Positions 42,342 to 51,692 of a DNA stretch of 64,000 bases are shown piece after piece. The DNA is from Acidimicrobiales bacterium. GTDB lineage: Bacteria; Actinomycetota; Acidimicrobiia; Acidimicrobiales; Iamiaceae. The notes under the pieces were generated by a model. That model searched no databases and was not told the DNA's origin. It was given only the letters and a program-made list of their open reading frames with translations. Location: positions 170,814 to 234,813 of the forward strand of contig JAUJNP010000005.1 of the NCBI GenBank assembly GCA_030448105.1, written 5' to 3'. A program made the position numbers and the translations under genes. Numbering within the stretch: position 1 is the first letter of the stretch; each line of letters begins with the position of its first letter.

Positions 42342-43027
42342 CAGCCGAGGTTGCGGTGCAGGAACTCGACGGTGCGGGCCCACGCCCCGGCCGACGCGGT
42401 CGGGTGGTGTACCGCGGGCCGGGTGTCGTTGAAGAAAGCGTGATCGGCGTCGTCGTAGAGGACGAGCTCCACGTCCTTGCCCAGGTCGGTCAGCTTGGCC
42501 TCGAGCTGCCGGGCGGCATCAGGGGTGAAGAACTCGTCGCGCCCGGCCACGTGCATGAGCACGGGCGCTCGCAGCGACGACCAGTCGGGCTGGGCGTCGG
42601 GCCACGGGATGAGCCCGTACCACGGCACGCAGGCGGCGATGGCGTCGGGCTGCTGGCAGGCGAGGACGAGAGCAAGGCCGCCGCCCATGCAGAACCCGGT
42701 GACGCCGAGTCGCTCACCCGACACGGCGTCGTGGCCCGACAGGAACGTGACCGCACCGGCCAGCTCGCGCCCGGCCTGGTCGAGGTTGAGGGCCATCATC
42801 AGCTTCCCGGCCTCGTCCGGCTCGGTGGTGGTCTCGCCGTGGAACAGGTCCGGGGCGAGGGCCACGAAACCTTCGTCGGCGAAGCGGTCGCAAACGTCGG
42901 TGATGTGGGGCACGAGGCCCCACCACTCCTGGAGGACCACCAGGCCGGGCCCGGAGCCCGACTGGGGTACCGCCAGGTACCCGGAGGCGGAGCGGCCGTT
43001 GCTCGCGAACTCGACGAGGTCACCCAT
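42341..43027 (-). CDS. dienelactone hydrolase family protein
   Basis: 228 aa; GLVVLQEWWGL, nucleophile elbow GFCMGG, DADHAFFN. Confidence 0.9.
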   Translation of the reverse strand: MGDLVEFASNGRSASGYLAVPQSGSGPGLVVLQEWWGLVPHITDVCDRFADEGFVALAPDLFHGETTTEPDEAGKLMMALNLDQAGRELAGAVTFLSGHDAVSGERLGVTGFCMGGGLALVLACQQPDAIAACVPWYGLIPWPDAQPDWSSLRAPVLMHVAGRDEFFTPDAARQLEAKLTDLGKDVELVLYDDADHAFFNDTRPAVHHPTASAGAWARTVEFLHRNLG

Positions 43028-43089
43028 GACCGCACCCTACCCACGAGGCGGGTTCGCTTCTTCGTGCGCCACGAAGGGGCGCGCCGGCC

Positions 43090-43752
43090 TTAGGCGCCGG
43101 CCGGCGCCTTGGCGGCCCAGGTCTCGCCCCGGACGTAGCCGTAGATGCCGCCAAAGTCGGCGGCCACCTTCTCGGGAAGGGGGACGGCCCCGCCGAGGGC
43201 GGCCGCGCCCCACACGATGTGGGCGGTGTGCTCCACGACCATGGCGGTGTGCAGGGCGTCCTCGGGGGACTTGCCCACACACAGGAGGCCGTGGTTGGCC
43301 ATGAGCACCGCCCCCCGGTCGTGCAGGTGGCGCACGACCTCGGTGGCCAGACCGTCGGTGCCCGTGGTCTGGTAGTCGGCGACGGGCACGTCGCCCCCCA
43401 CGTAGACGATGACCTCTTCGATGATGGCCGGGATGGGCTGGCGGGCGACGGCGAACATGGAGGCGTGCAGGGGATGGCAGTGGACCACGCCCCCGACCTC
43501 CGGGAAGGCTCGGTAGCAGGCCAGGTGCATGGCCTTCTCCGTCGAGGGCTTGCCCCCGCGCACGACGGTGCCGTCGAGGTCCACGACGGCCAGGCCGTCG
43601 GCGGTGATGTCGCCGTAGGGCGTCGACGACGGCGTGATGCACACCGCACCGTCGGGCCGGCGGCCCGACACGTTGCCGGCGGTGCCCACCACCAGCCCGG
43701 CCGCCTCCATCCGCTGGGCCACGGCCACGACTTCGGGGCCAGGATCGGTCAC
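43090..43752 (-). CDS. class II aldolase/adducin family protein
   Basis: 220 aa; TAGNVSGR...ITPSSTPY...PSTEKAMHLACY...VVHCHP...ANHGLLCVG. Confidence 0.9.
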   Translation of the reverse strand: MTDPGPEVVAVAQRMEAAGLVVGTAGNVSGRRPDGAVCITPSSTPYGDITADGLAVVDLDGTVVRGGKPSTEKAMHLACYRAFPEVGGVVHCHPLHASMFAVARQPIPAIIEEVIVYVGGDVPVADYQTTGTDGLATEVVRHLHDRGAVLMANHGLLCVGKSPEDALHTAMVVEHTAHIVWGAAALGGAVPLPEKVAADFGGIYGYVRGETWAAKAPAGA

Positions 43753-44720
43753 GTCAGCACCTCCGGGTTGGCGATGCGCTCCGGACGCTCGCCCCGCAGG
43801 AGGCGGGCGAGGTCCTCGACGATCATCGTGGTCTGGTTCACCTCGGTGTCGTAGGTGGCCCCGCCGATGTGGGGTGTGAGGACCACGTTGGCCAGGCCGA
43901 GCAGGGGATGGTCGGGCGGCAGCACCTCGCCATCGACGTGGTCGAGGCCGGCCCCGGCGAGGTGGCCCCCCCGCAGGGCATCGACGAGGGCGCCGGTGTC
44001 GTGCAGGGCGGCACGGGCGCTGTTGAGGTAGATGGCGCCCGGCCGCATGCGGGCCAGCTCCTTCTCGCCGATCATGCCCGTCGTGCCGGGGGTGACGGCC
44101 GCGTGCATCGACACCACGTCGGCCTCGGCCAGCAGATCCTCGAGCTCATGGGTGGCGTCGGGTGCGAAGGGGTCGGCGGCGATGACCCGCATGCCCAACC
44201 CCTCGAGCCGCCAGCGCGTCGCCCGACCGACGGCCCCGAGCCCGACCAGACCGGCCGTGCGCCCCGCCACCTGCCAGGCCCGGTAGCGCTGGTAGGGGAG
44301 GGTGTCACCGAACACGGTGCCCGCTCGCATGTCGCGGTCGCCGGCCACCACGTGGCGACCCACGGCGAACAGCAGGGCGACGGTCATCTCGGCGACGGCG
44401 TCGGCGTTGCGACCGGGCGCGTGCAGCACCGGGATGCCGGCGGCCGTCGCCCCGGGCAGGTCGACGTTGGTGGGGTCGCCGCGCGTCGACCCGATGGCGA
44501 GGAGAGGCTGCTCGAGCACGGGGCCGCTGCACGAGTCGGCCTCGCACACCAACACCGTGGCACCCAGCTCGGCGATGCGCTCGGCGAGCTGGGCCGGGTT
44601 GTAGAGCCGGATCGGCGTCTGGTCGAGCCACGGCTCGAGCACCACGTCGGCGAGCTGTCGGAGCTCGTCGAGCGCCGGTCCCCGCATGGGCGCGGTCACC
44701 AGGGCCACCGGGCGTTGCAT
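43749..44720 (-). CDS. D-isomer-specific 2-hydroxyacid dehydrogenase
   Basis: 323 aa; NAD fold GLVGLGAVGRA; C-terminal LTPHIGG. Confidence 0.9.
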   Translation of the reverse strand: MQRPVALVTAPMRGPALDELRQLADVVLEPWLDQTPIRLYNPAQLAERIAELGATVLVCEADSCSGPVLEQPLLAIGSTRGDPTNVDLPGATAAGIPVLHAPGRNADAVAEMTVALLFAVGRHVVAGDRDMRAGTVFGDTLPYQRYRAWQVAGRTAGLVGLGAVGRATRWRLEGLGMRVIAADPFAPDATHELEDLLAEADVVSMHAAVTPGTTGMIGEKELARMRPGAIYLNSARAALHDTGALVDALRGGHLAGAGLDHVDGEVLPPDHPLLGLANVVLTPHIGGATYDTEVNQTTMIVEDLARLLRGERPERIANPEVLT

Positions 44721-44727
44721 GACGCCG

Positions 44728-44745
44728 ACGTTAGATCACTACGTT
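44728..44745. promoter_or_regulatory. two back-to-back TANNNT boxes in a 33-bp divergent gap (candidate leaderless promoters)
   Basis: Minus-strand TAACGT (44733-44728) ends 7 nt from ATG 44720. Plus-strand TACGTT (44740-44745) ends 8 nt from GTG 44754. Confidence 0.3.
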
Positions 44746-44753
44746 GGCCCCCC

Positions 44754-46073
44754 GTGGACGAGGTGACGGTCGGCATCGACATCGGCACCACCTCGGTGAA
44801 GGCTGTCGCAGCCGATGCCGAAGGAGCGGTGCTGGCCCGCTGTCGCATCCCCCACCGCCTCGTCGCGCCGGGCCCTGACCGCTTCGAGCACGACCCCGCC
44901 GAGGCGTGGGTGGCCGGCGTGGTGGACGCCTGGGGGCGCGTCTCGACCGGCCGGCGGGTGGCGGCCGTCACCGTCGCCGCCATGGTGCCGTCGCTGTGCG
45001 GGGTCGACGAGGGCGGCATGCCGGTGACCCCGGGGCTGCTCTACGGCGACGCCCGGGGCGACGCGGCCGGTGCCGCGTCCGGGGTCGAAGGCGAGGCGCT
45101 CGGCTTCGCCCGCTGGCTGGCGGGCGAGTTCCCCGGCGCGGCCGGCTTCTGGCCCGCCCAAGCCGTCGCCAACCGGGCGTTGTGCGGTGAGGCCGCCATC
45201 GACACCACGACGGCGATGGCCATGATGCCCCTGTTCGACGGGGTCGGCTGGGACGCCGGCGCCTGCCACGGCGTGGGCGTGGACGCCGACCGGTTCCCTC
45301 GCCTGAGTCCCGGCACCGCCGCCATCGGCGAGGTGGACGGTGCCCTGGTGAACGGCGGCACCATCGACGTGCTGGCCGAGCAGCTCGTGGCCGATGCCCG
45401 GGCGCCGGGCGACGTGCTCGTGCTGTGCGGCACCACGCTCATCCCGTGGGCGCTGACCGAAACCTGGACCGAGGTCGACGGGCTCTGGACCGTGCCGTTC
45501 ACGGTGCCGGGGATCAGCGCCGTGGGCGGTGCTTCCAACGCCGGCGGCCTGTTCGTCGACGCCGTCCGTCGGCTGCTCGGTCCCGTCGAGGACGGTCAGC
45601 TCGACGCGCTCGACCCCGCCGCGCTGCCGCTGTGGCTGCCGTACCTGCGTGGTGAGCGCACGCCGTTGCACGACCCCACGCGGCGCGCCGAGCTGCGGGG
45701 CTTCGCGCTGGGCCACGATCGAGCGGCTGTCCTGCGGGCCGCCTACGAGGCACCGGCGTTCGTCGTGCGCCACCACCTGGAGCTGGCCGGCGTGGACGCC
45801 GCGCGCATCGTCGCCGTGGGCGGTGGCACCCGCTCGGTGCCGTGGATGCAGGCCCTGGCCGACGCCACCGGGCTGCCCGTCGACGTGGCCGCCGTGCCCG
45901 AGGGCGCCGCCCTGGGCGCCGCCTTCCTCGCCCGGGTGACCGCCGGGCTGGAGCCCGACACGTCGTCATCGGGCCGCTGGGCCCGGGTGGACCGGCGGGT
46001 CGAGCCCCGTCCGGCATGGGCCGACGCCTGCGAAGGGCGCTACGCAGGCTTCCTCGAGGGCACCCGCCGGTGA
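44754..46073 (+). CDS. FGGY-family carbohydrate kinase
   Basis: Tail of ORF 43869..46073; start GTG 44754 or 44763 (VDEVTVGIDIGTTSVKAV); C-terminal ...AVGGGTRS.... Confidence 0.85.
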   Translation: MDEVTVGIDIGTTSVKAVAADAEGAVLARCRIPHRLVAPGPDRFEHDPAEAWVAGVVDAWGRVSTGRRVAAVTVAAMVPSLCGVDEGGMPVTPGLLYGDARGDAAGAASGVEGEALGFARWLAGEFPGAAGFWPAQAVANRALCGEAAIDTTTAMAMMPLFDGVGWDAGACHGVGVDADRFPRLSPGTAAIGEVDGALVNGGTIDVLAEQLVADARAPGDVLVLCGTTLIPWALTETWTEVDGLWTVPFTVPGISAVGGASNAGGLFVDAVRRLLGPVEDGQLDALDPAALPLWLPYLRGERTPLHDPTRRAELRGFALGHDRAAVLRAAYEAPAFVVRHHLELAGVDAARIVAVGGGTRSVPWMQALADATGLPVDVAAVPEGAALGAAFLARVTAGLEPDTSSSGRWARVDRRVEPRPAWADACEGRYAGFLEGTRR

Positions 46074-46119
46074 AGTTCGTCGCTCGCCCGTCGGAGGACG
46101 GTGCCGGCCAGGGGCGCCA

Positions 46120-46581
46120 TCAGTAGCCGCCCTCCAGCTTGCGGTGGTCCCAGGACACCGTCCGCTCCGCTCGGAACCGGATGGCCACCCGCTTACGCAC
46201 CATCATCTCGGCCACGGCGTCGAGGTCGTCGGATCCCACCTCGGGTTGGTAGCGGCCGATCACGTCGCGGGCCACGGCCATCAGCACGGCGTGGTCCTCG
46301 ATGACCTCGGCGGTGCCCACCATCTCCACGCCGCGGAGCTGGTCGTAGGTGTCGCCCGCCTCCACCAGCACCGTCATGCGAGGGTCCCGGCGCAGGTTCT
46401 GGACCTTCTGGGACCGGGCGAACGTCTCGAAGGCCACGTCGCCGTCGACGAAGCCGTACCACATGGCCACCAGGTGGATGGAGCCGTCGTGGTTGAAGGT
46501 GGCGATGTTCATGGTGTGGCGCTCGGCGAGGAAGGCATCGACCTCGTCGGGCGTCATGCGGATCAGGTCTCGTCGAGACAC
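46120..46581 (-). CDS. PPOX-class (pyridoxamine 5'-phosphate oxidase fold) probable F420-dependent enzyme
   Basis: 153 aa; FLAERHTMNIATFNHDGSIHLVAMWY...RRDPRMTVLVE. Confidence 0.85.
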   Translation of the reverse strand: MSRRDLIRMTPDEVDAFLAERHTMNIATFNHDGSIHLVAMWYGFVDGDVAFETFARSQKVQNLRRDPRMTVLVEAGDTYDQLRGVEMVGTAEVIEDHAVLMAVARDVIGRYQPEVGSDDLDAVAEMMVRKRVAIRFRAERTVSWDHRKLEGGY

Positions 46582-46582
46582 C

Positions 46583-47392
46583 TCAGATCTCCCTCAAGAG
46601 CTCGGGGGCGACGGGGCAGTCGGTTCGGCGCAGCCCGTCGGGCACGGGCTCGGGTCCGGCCGGGCCCACCAACCGGTCCACCAGCTCGAGGGGGATGATC
46701 TCCTCGTCGGCGTCCCAGGGCTCGCAGGCGGCCTCGAGTCGCACGGCCATGCTGTCCCAAAGGCGGCGGGGCAGGAGGCGACCGGTGCCGGCAACGAGCC
46801 ACACCGGCACGCCGGCGTGGTGGGCGACGGCCGCCGCGGCGCGGGACCCGGCCACGGCGAGGGCGTCGACCGGTCCCACCGCGCCGCCCTCGAGCAAGAC
46901 CAGGTCGGCGTCGGCGGCCGCCGCGCCGACCCCGCCGACGGGCACGTCCCAGGCGACGATGTCGGCCCGCTCGAGGCGCCGCACGAAGCCTGCGCCCTCG
47001 GCCAGGATGTCCACCACCAGCACGGTGAGGTCGCCCCGCCGGGGCAGGGCCTCGCCCACCCGCTCGCCCCAGCCGAGCACGCACACGGTGGCGTCGTCGG
47101 GCAGTGCGGCCGAGAGCGCCGACGCGGTGGCGTCGCGGTCGAGCTCATCGGCGGCCGCCCAGGCTTCGGCCATGGGATCGGCAGCGGTGAGCACCCGGGC
47201 GCACAACCACCACAGGGGGCCGGACGTGGGGTGGCGCGACACGATGCGCCGGCAGGCCGTCACCAGCCCGGCCGGGTCGTGGCGGAAGGCGGCCAGCGCG
47301 CCGGCGGTCTCGCGCACCAGCAGCCCCGGCTCGCCACCCGAAGCCCGGGCCACGTGGCGGAGCCGCTCGATGGGGTGCACCGCCCCGAACAT
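46583..47392 (-). CDS. hypothetical protein, possibly IF-2B-like fold
   Basis: 269 aa; good codon bias. The C-terminal half (…LVLLEGGAVGP...GSRAAAAVAHHAGVPVWLVAG...) resembles the Rossmann-like part of the eIF-2B family; weak assignment. Confidence 0.55.
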   Translation of the reverse strand: MFGAVHPIERLRHVARASGGEPGLLVRETAGALAAFRHDPAGLVTACRRIVSRHPTSGPLWWLCARVLTAADPMAEAWAAADELDRDATASALSAALPDDATVCVLGWGERVGEALPRRGDLTVLVVDILAEGAGFVRRLERADIVAWDVPVGGVGAAAADADLVLLEGGAVGPVDALAVAGSRAAAAVAHHAGVPVWLVAGTGRLLPRRLWDSMAVRLEAACEPWDADEEIIPLELVDRLVGPAGPEPVPDGLRRTDCPVAPELLREI

Positions 47393-47394
47393 AT

Positions 47395-47475
47395 CGTCGG
47401 CGCCGAAGGCGCCGTCGGTCAGGGCGGTGGGTGGGGTCGGAGGACGTCTACCGTCGGCGCCGAAGGCGCCGTCGG
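47395..47475. repeat. perfect 24-nt direct duplication flanking a 33-nt insert that carries the G-rich core
   Basis: cgtcggcgccgaaggcgccgtcgg at 47395-47418 and 47452-47475. The insert 47419-47451 contains CAGGGCGGTGGGTGGGGTCGGAGGACGT (47420-47447). Confidence 0.9.
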
Positions 47476-47482
47476 CAGGTGC

Positions 47483-47947
47483 TCAGGTCCCGAAGCCGGG
47501 CTTCCAGACCATGTCGATGACCATGAGCAGCAGCAGCAGGTGCAACATTCCGTTGAACATGGCGCTGCGCTGCTCGGCCCCGGCGTCGCCCTCGGCGGCC
47601 TTGCGCTCGTTCCAGGGCAGCAGGCCGAAGACCACACCCAGCATCAAGAACCACAGCACGAAGGCGATCGACACCCACGACTGGGAGAACTCGAAGGTCT
47701 CGTCGCTGAGCACCACCATGAGGATGCCGAACAACCCCGCCAGCACCAGCGACGGCCCGTGGATGCGGTTCCAGTTGTCGCGGATGATCCGGCCGATGTC
47801 GGCGCCCATGGTCTGGTCCACCTTGCGGAGCCGGGCGGTCATCACCGGGAACACGAACGCGGGCGCGAAGGCGGTGATGATGGCCAGGATGTGCAGGGCG
47901 AAGAACAGCCGGTACCCGAACGTGTTGACGAGGGCGGCGAGAACCAT
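47483..47947 (-). CDS. integral membrane protein (4 TM)
   Basis: 154 aa; FFALHILAIITAFAPAFVFPV...LVLAGLFGILMVVL...IAFVLWFLMLGVVFGLL...LLLLLMVIDMVWKP. Confidence 0.7.
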   Translation of the reverse strand: MVLAALVNTFGYRLFFALHILAIITAFAPAFVFPVMTARLRKVDQTMGADIGRIIRDNWNRIHGPSLVLAGLFGILMVVLSDETFEFSQSWVSIAFVLWFLMLGVVFGLLPWNERKAAEGDAGAEQRSAMFNGMLHLLLLLMVIDMVWKPGFGT

Positions 47948-48031
47948 GGCCGGAATCTAGCCAGCGACGGCGCGCCCGCCGGCGATGACGGGTTCCGGGG
48001 CCACTGGGGCCCTCGGCTACCTTCGGGCGCC

Positions 48032-48526
48032 GTGACGCCGGCCGCGGAGGCACCTGCCGATCTCGAGCTGACCGCCCTCGGCGGCGAGGTCCGCCCCCTC
48101 GACGACTGGGTCACCACGTTCCACCTCGTCCTGGTGGCGATCGACCCCTACACCGACGAGAGCGCATGGCTGCTCGAGACGGCCGGCCGCATCCTCACCA
48201 CGTTCCGGGGAGCCGACTGCCGGGTGGCGTGGCTGGTCACGGCGGACGCCGACGACGCTCGCACGTTCCTCGGGCCCTGGGCCGACGACCTCCTCACCCT
48301 GGTGGACCCCGACCGGCGGGTGGTGAAGACGCTCGGCCTCGAGCGGCTCCCGGCTCTGGTGCACATCCGTCAGGACCGGGCGGTGGTGGGCGTGGCCGAG
48401 GGCTGGGACCCGGCGGCGTGGCGGGCCGTCACCGACCACCTGGGCACGGTGATGAGCTGGAGCCGCCCGGTGCTACCGGCACCGGGCGACCCCAGCCCCT
48501 TCCGAGGCTCACCCGCCCAGGGCTGA
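48032..48526 (+). CDS. redoxin/thioredoxin-fold-like protein lacking CxxC
   Basis: Tail of ORF 46349..48526; start GTG 48032. ...TFHLVLVAIDPYTDESAWLL...VDPDRRVVKTLGLERLPALVHI... resembles an AhpC/TSA-like fold but has no active-site Cys pair. Confidence 0.55.
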   Translation: MTPAAEAPADLELTALGGEVRPLDDWVTTFHLVLVAIDPYTDESAWLLETAGRILTTFRGADCRVAWLVTADADDARTFLGPWADDLLTLVDPDRRVVKTLGLERLPALVHIRQDRAVVGVAEGWDPAAWRAVTDHLGTVMSWSRPVLPAPGDPSPFRGSPAQG

Positions 48527-48541
48527 TCACACGGGGGCTGG

Positions 48542-50197
48542 TCAGCTACCGCCCTGCTCCAGCCAGACGCCGTGCACGGGGTGGCCGAGGGCGAGGCCGG
48601 GGAACGGCGCCTGCCCGTCGGGCAGCTTCGGACCGGGCAGGCCGTGGATGGTGGGTTGGGTGGCGATGGCCCAGGTGGTGTAGCCGGCCCAGATGTTCCA
48701 GACCTTCTTGCCGAACTCGCGGTTGACCTGCTTGTAGATCTCCTCCCGGCGGTCCCTGTCGGGCGTGGTACGGCCCTCGTCGAGCAGCTTGTCGATCACC
48801 GGGTCCTTGATGCGCCCGAAGTTCACCGGGCTGTCGGACTTCCACCAGACGTACTGGCCGTCGGGGTCGCCACCAGGGTGGTTCCGCCAGAACGTGGCCT
48901 GGAAGTCCCCGCTGATGGCCGCGTTGATGAGCTGGCCCTGGTCCATGTTGCGCAGGGTGAAGGTGAACCCCGCCTTCTTGACCATCTGCTGCAGCAGCTG
49001 GGCCGATTGGGCCAGCTCGGGGTCGGGCGGCAGGTTGAGCGCGAACCGCGCCGGCTGGCCGGTGTCGCGCTGGTACTCGGCGACGAGCTCCTTGGCCTTC
49101 TTCAGGTTGAAGCTCGGGTAGCCCGTGTCCTCGAGGTGGCCCATCACCCCCGGGGCGAAGGGACCGTTGGCCAGCACCGACCGCCCCTCGCTGAGCACCT
49201 GGTTCGACTCCTCACGGTCGATGGCGTAGGCCAAGGCCTTGCGCATCCGCTCGTCGTCGAACGGTGGCTTGCTGGCGTTGAGCATCACGTAGCCGACCTC
49301 GGCGAACTTGGTGCTCACGTACAGCCCGACCGAACCGCTGGCCTTCAGGTCCTGGAGCTCCTTGACCCCGTTGGTGCTCGAGGTGTGCACCATGTCGACG
49401 GTTCCGCTCTGGATGGCGTTGACCCGCTGCTGGGCCTCGGCGATGGGTCGGAACTCGATGCCGTCGAGGTAGGGGTACGGCTTGCCGTCGGGCGCCTTCT
49501 GCCAGTAGTTGGGGTTGCGCTCGACCACCAGCTTGTCGCCCACCGTCCAGCTCACGAACTTGAACGGACCGGTGCCGATCGGCTTGCGGTCACAGGTCTT
49601 GGGGTCGTCGAGCTGGGCCTGGGCCATCATGCCGAACCGGCCGCCGCCGAACAGGTACGAGTCGAAGGCCACCCACGGCCGCTTGGTGTTGATCACGACC
49701 GTCATCGGGTCGGTGACCTCGACCGAGGCCACGTCGGAGAAGACGAACACGCCGAGGAGGGCGTTGCGCCCCTTGTACTGGCCCCGGACGGCGTCGAGGT
49801 TGTTCTTCACGACCTTGGCGTCGAGCTTGGAGCCGTCGTGGAAGGTGATGCCCGAACGCAGCTTCACCGTCCACTTGGTGAAGTCGTCGGAGTGGGTGAC
49901 CTCCTTGGCCAGGTAGGGGACCATCTTGCCGTCGGGCCCGGGCACGGTGAGGGTGTCGAACATCGAACGCGCCACCTGGATCCCGGAGATGGCGAGCTGG
50001 GCCTCGGGCAGGCAGTAGCCACCGGGCGTCTCCGCCTCCAGTCCGTAGCTGACCCTCCCGCCCCGCTGCGGCGGACCGGCGTCCTCCCCGCCTCCGCCGC
50101 CGTCGCCGCCGCCGCCGCACCCCGCGGCGGTGGCGGCGAAGGTGGCCGCCGCCACCAGCACGACGAGGAACCGGGACAGCGGTCGTGGTGTGATCAT
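48542..50197 (-). CDS. family 5 (peptide/nickel-type) ABC substrate-binding lipoprotein
   Basis: 551 aa; lipobox ATAAGCGGGG with a Gly-rich linker; typical SBP_bac_5 length. No permease or ATPase genes are adjacent. Confidence 0.88.
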   Translation of the reverse strand: MITPRPLSRFLVVLVAAATFAATAAGCGGGGDGGGGGEDAGPPQRGGRVSYGLEAETPGGYCLPEAQLAISGIQVARSMFDTLTVPGPDGKMVPYLAKEVTHSDDFTKWTVKLRSGITFHDGSKLDAKVVKNNLDAVRGQYKGRNALLGVFVFSDVASVEVTDPMTVVINTKRPWVAFDSYLFGGGRFGMMAQAQLDDPKTCDRKPIGTGPFKFVSWTVGDKLVVERNPNYWQKAPDGKPYPYLDGIEFRPIAEAQQRVNAIQSGTVDMVHTSSTNGVKELQDLKASGSVGLYVSTKFAEVGYVMLNASKPPFDDERMRKALAYAIDREESNQVLSEGRSVLANGPFAPGVMGHLEDTGYPSFNLKKAKELVAEYQRDTGQPARFALNLPPDPELAQSAQLLQQMVKKAGFTFTLRNMDQGQLINAAISGDFQATFWRNHPGGDPDGQYVWWKSDSPVNFGRIKDPVIDKLLDEGRTTPDRDRREEIYKQVNREFGKKVWNIWAGYTTWAIATQPTIHGLPGPKLPDGQAPFPGLALGHPVHGVWLEQGGS

Positions 50198-50261
50198 GAT
50201 CCCCCTGCAGCAGAACGGGCCCGCGCCGTCACCGTACTGCCCGTAACCGGTCCGTGGAGCG

Positions 50262-51668
50262 TCAGGCGATCCCGCCCTTGGTGAGCGAGAGCACGTCGAG
50301 GGCCCGGTCGAGCTCCTCGTCGCCCATGAGGCCCTCCTCCTTCACGAGGTCGCGGATGGACCGGCCCGTCTTCACACTGGCCTTGATGATCTCGGCGGCC
50401 TTCTCGTAGCCCAGGTAGGGGTTGAGGGACGTGCCGATCGACGGCGAAGACTCGGCGTAGGCCCGGCAGCGGGCCTCGTCGGCCTCGATCCCGTCCACCG
50501 TGCGGTCGGCGAAGAGGCGGCACACGTTGGAGAGGAGCCGGACCGACTCCAGGAGGTTGCGGGCCATCATCGGCATGTACACGTTCAGCTCGAAGTTGCC
50601 CTGCGAACCCCCGAAGGCCACGGCGGTGTCGTTGCCGAACACCTGGGCGGCCACCTGGGTCACCGCCTCGGCCATCACCGGGTTGACCTTGCCCGGCATG
50701 ATCGAGCTGCCCGGCTGGAGGTCAGGGATGCGGATCTCGGCCAGCCCGGTGCGGGGGCCCGAGCCCATCCAGCGGATGTCGTTGGCGATCTTGGTGAGGG
50801 CGACGGCCACCGTGCGGAGCTGGCCGGAGGCCTCCACCAGCGCGTCGCGGGATCCCTGGGCGGCGAAGTGGTCCGGGGCCTCGACCAGGGGCAGCCCGGT
50901 GCGCTCGGCCAGCGCCTTGATCACTGAGCGGCCGAAGGTCTTGGGGGCGTTGATGCCGGTGCCCACGGCGGTGCCGCCGAGGGGCAGCCGGCCCACCCGC
51001 GGGAGCGTGTCGCCGATGCGCTCGGCGCACTCGGCCAGCTGGGCGGCGTAGCCACCGAACTCCTGGCCCAGGGTGACCGGCGTGGCGTCCATCAGGTGGG
51101 TGCGCCCCGACTTCACCACGGACTTGAAGCGGCGGGACCGCCGGCGGAGGGCGTCCTCGAGGTGGGCGAGGGCGGGCAGCAGGTCGGCGGCAAGGGCCTC
51201 GGCCACCGCGATGTGCACCGCGGTGGGGAACACGTCGTTGGAGGACTGGGAGGCGTTGACGTGGTCGTTGGGGTGCACCGCGCCGGGCTCGCCCAGCGCC
51301 TCGTCGGCCAGGCTGGCGATGACCTCGTTGGCGTTCATGTTCGACGACGTCCCCGACCCGGTCTGGAACACGTCGATCGGGAACTGGTCGTCCCAGCGGC
51401 CGTCGGCCACCTCGAGGGCGGCGGCCCGGATGGCGTCGGCGAGGCGCTTGTCGACCTGGGGCACGTCCTTGAGGCGGGCGTTCACGGGGGCCGCCTCCGC
51501 CTTGACCAGGCCGAGGGCCCGGACGAGGCGCCGGTCGACGGGTTGGCCCGAGATGGGGAAGTTCTCCACCGCCCGCTGGGTCTGGGCCGCCCACCGCGCC
51601 GCCGCCGGCACCTGCACCTCCCCCATCGAGTCGCGCTCGGTGCGGAACTGGCCGTCGTCGCCGGTCAT
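50262..51668 (-). CDS. fumC: class II fumarate hydratase
   Basis: 468 aa; [15 protein letters not shown] signature; N-terminal [14 protein letters not shown]. Confidence 0.95.
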   Translation of the reverse strand: MTGDDGQFRTERDSMGEVQVPAAARWAAQTQRAVENFPISGQPVDRRLVRALGLVKAEAAPVNARLKDVPQVDKRLADAIRAAALEVADGRWDDQFPIDVFQTGSGTSSNMNANEVIASLADEALGEPGAVHPNDHVNASQSSNDVFPTAVHIAVAEALAADLLPALAHLEDALRRRSRRFKSVVKSGRTHLMDATPVTLGQEFGGYAAQLAECAERIGDTLPRVGRLPLGGTAVGTGINAPKTFGRSVIKALAERTGLPLVEAPDHFAAQGSRDALVEASGQLRTVAVALTKIANDIRWMGSGPRTGLAEIRIPDLQPGSSIMPGKVNPVMAEAVTQVAAQVFGNDTAVAFGGSQGNFELNVYMPMMARNLLESVRLLSNVCRLFADRTVDGIEADEARCRAYAESSPSIGTSLNPYLGYEKAAEIIKASVKTGRSIRDLVKEEGLMGDEELDRALDVLSLTKGGIA

Positions 51669-51692
51669 GGGTGCTCGCTCATGGCGGCGAAT

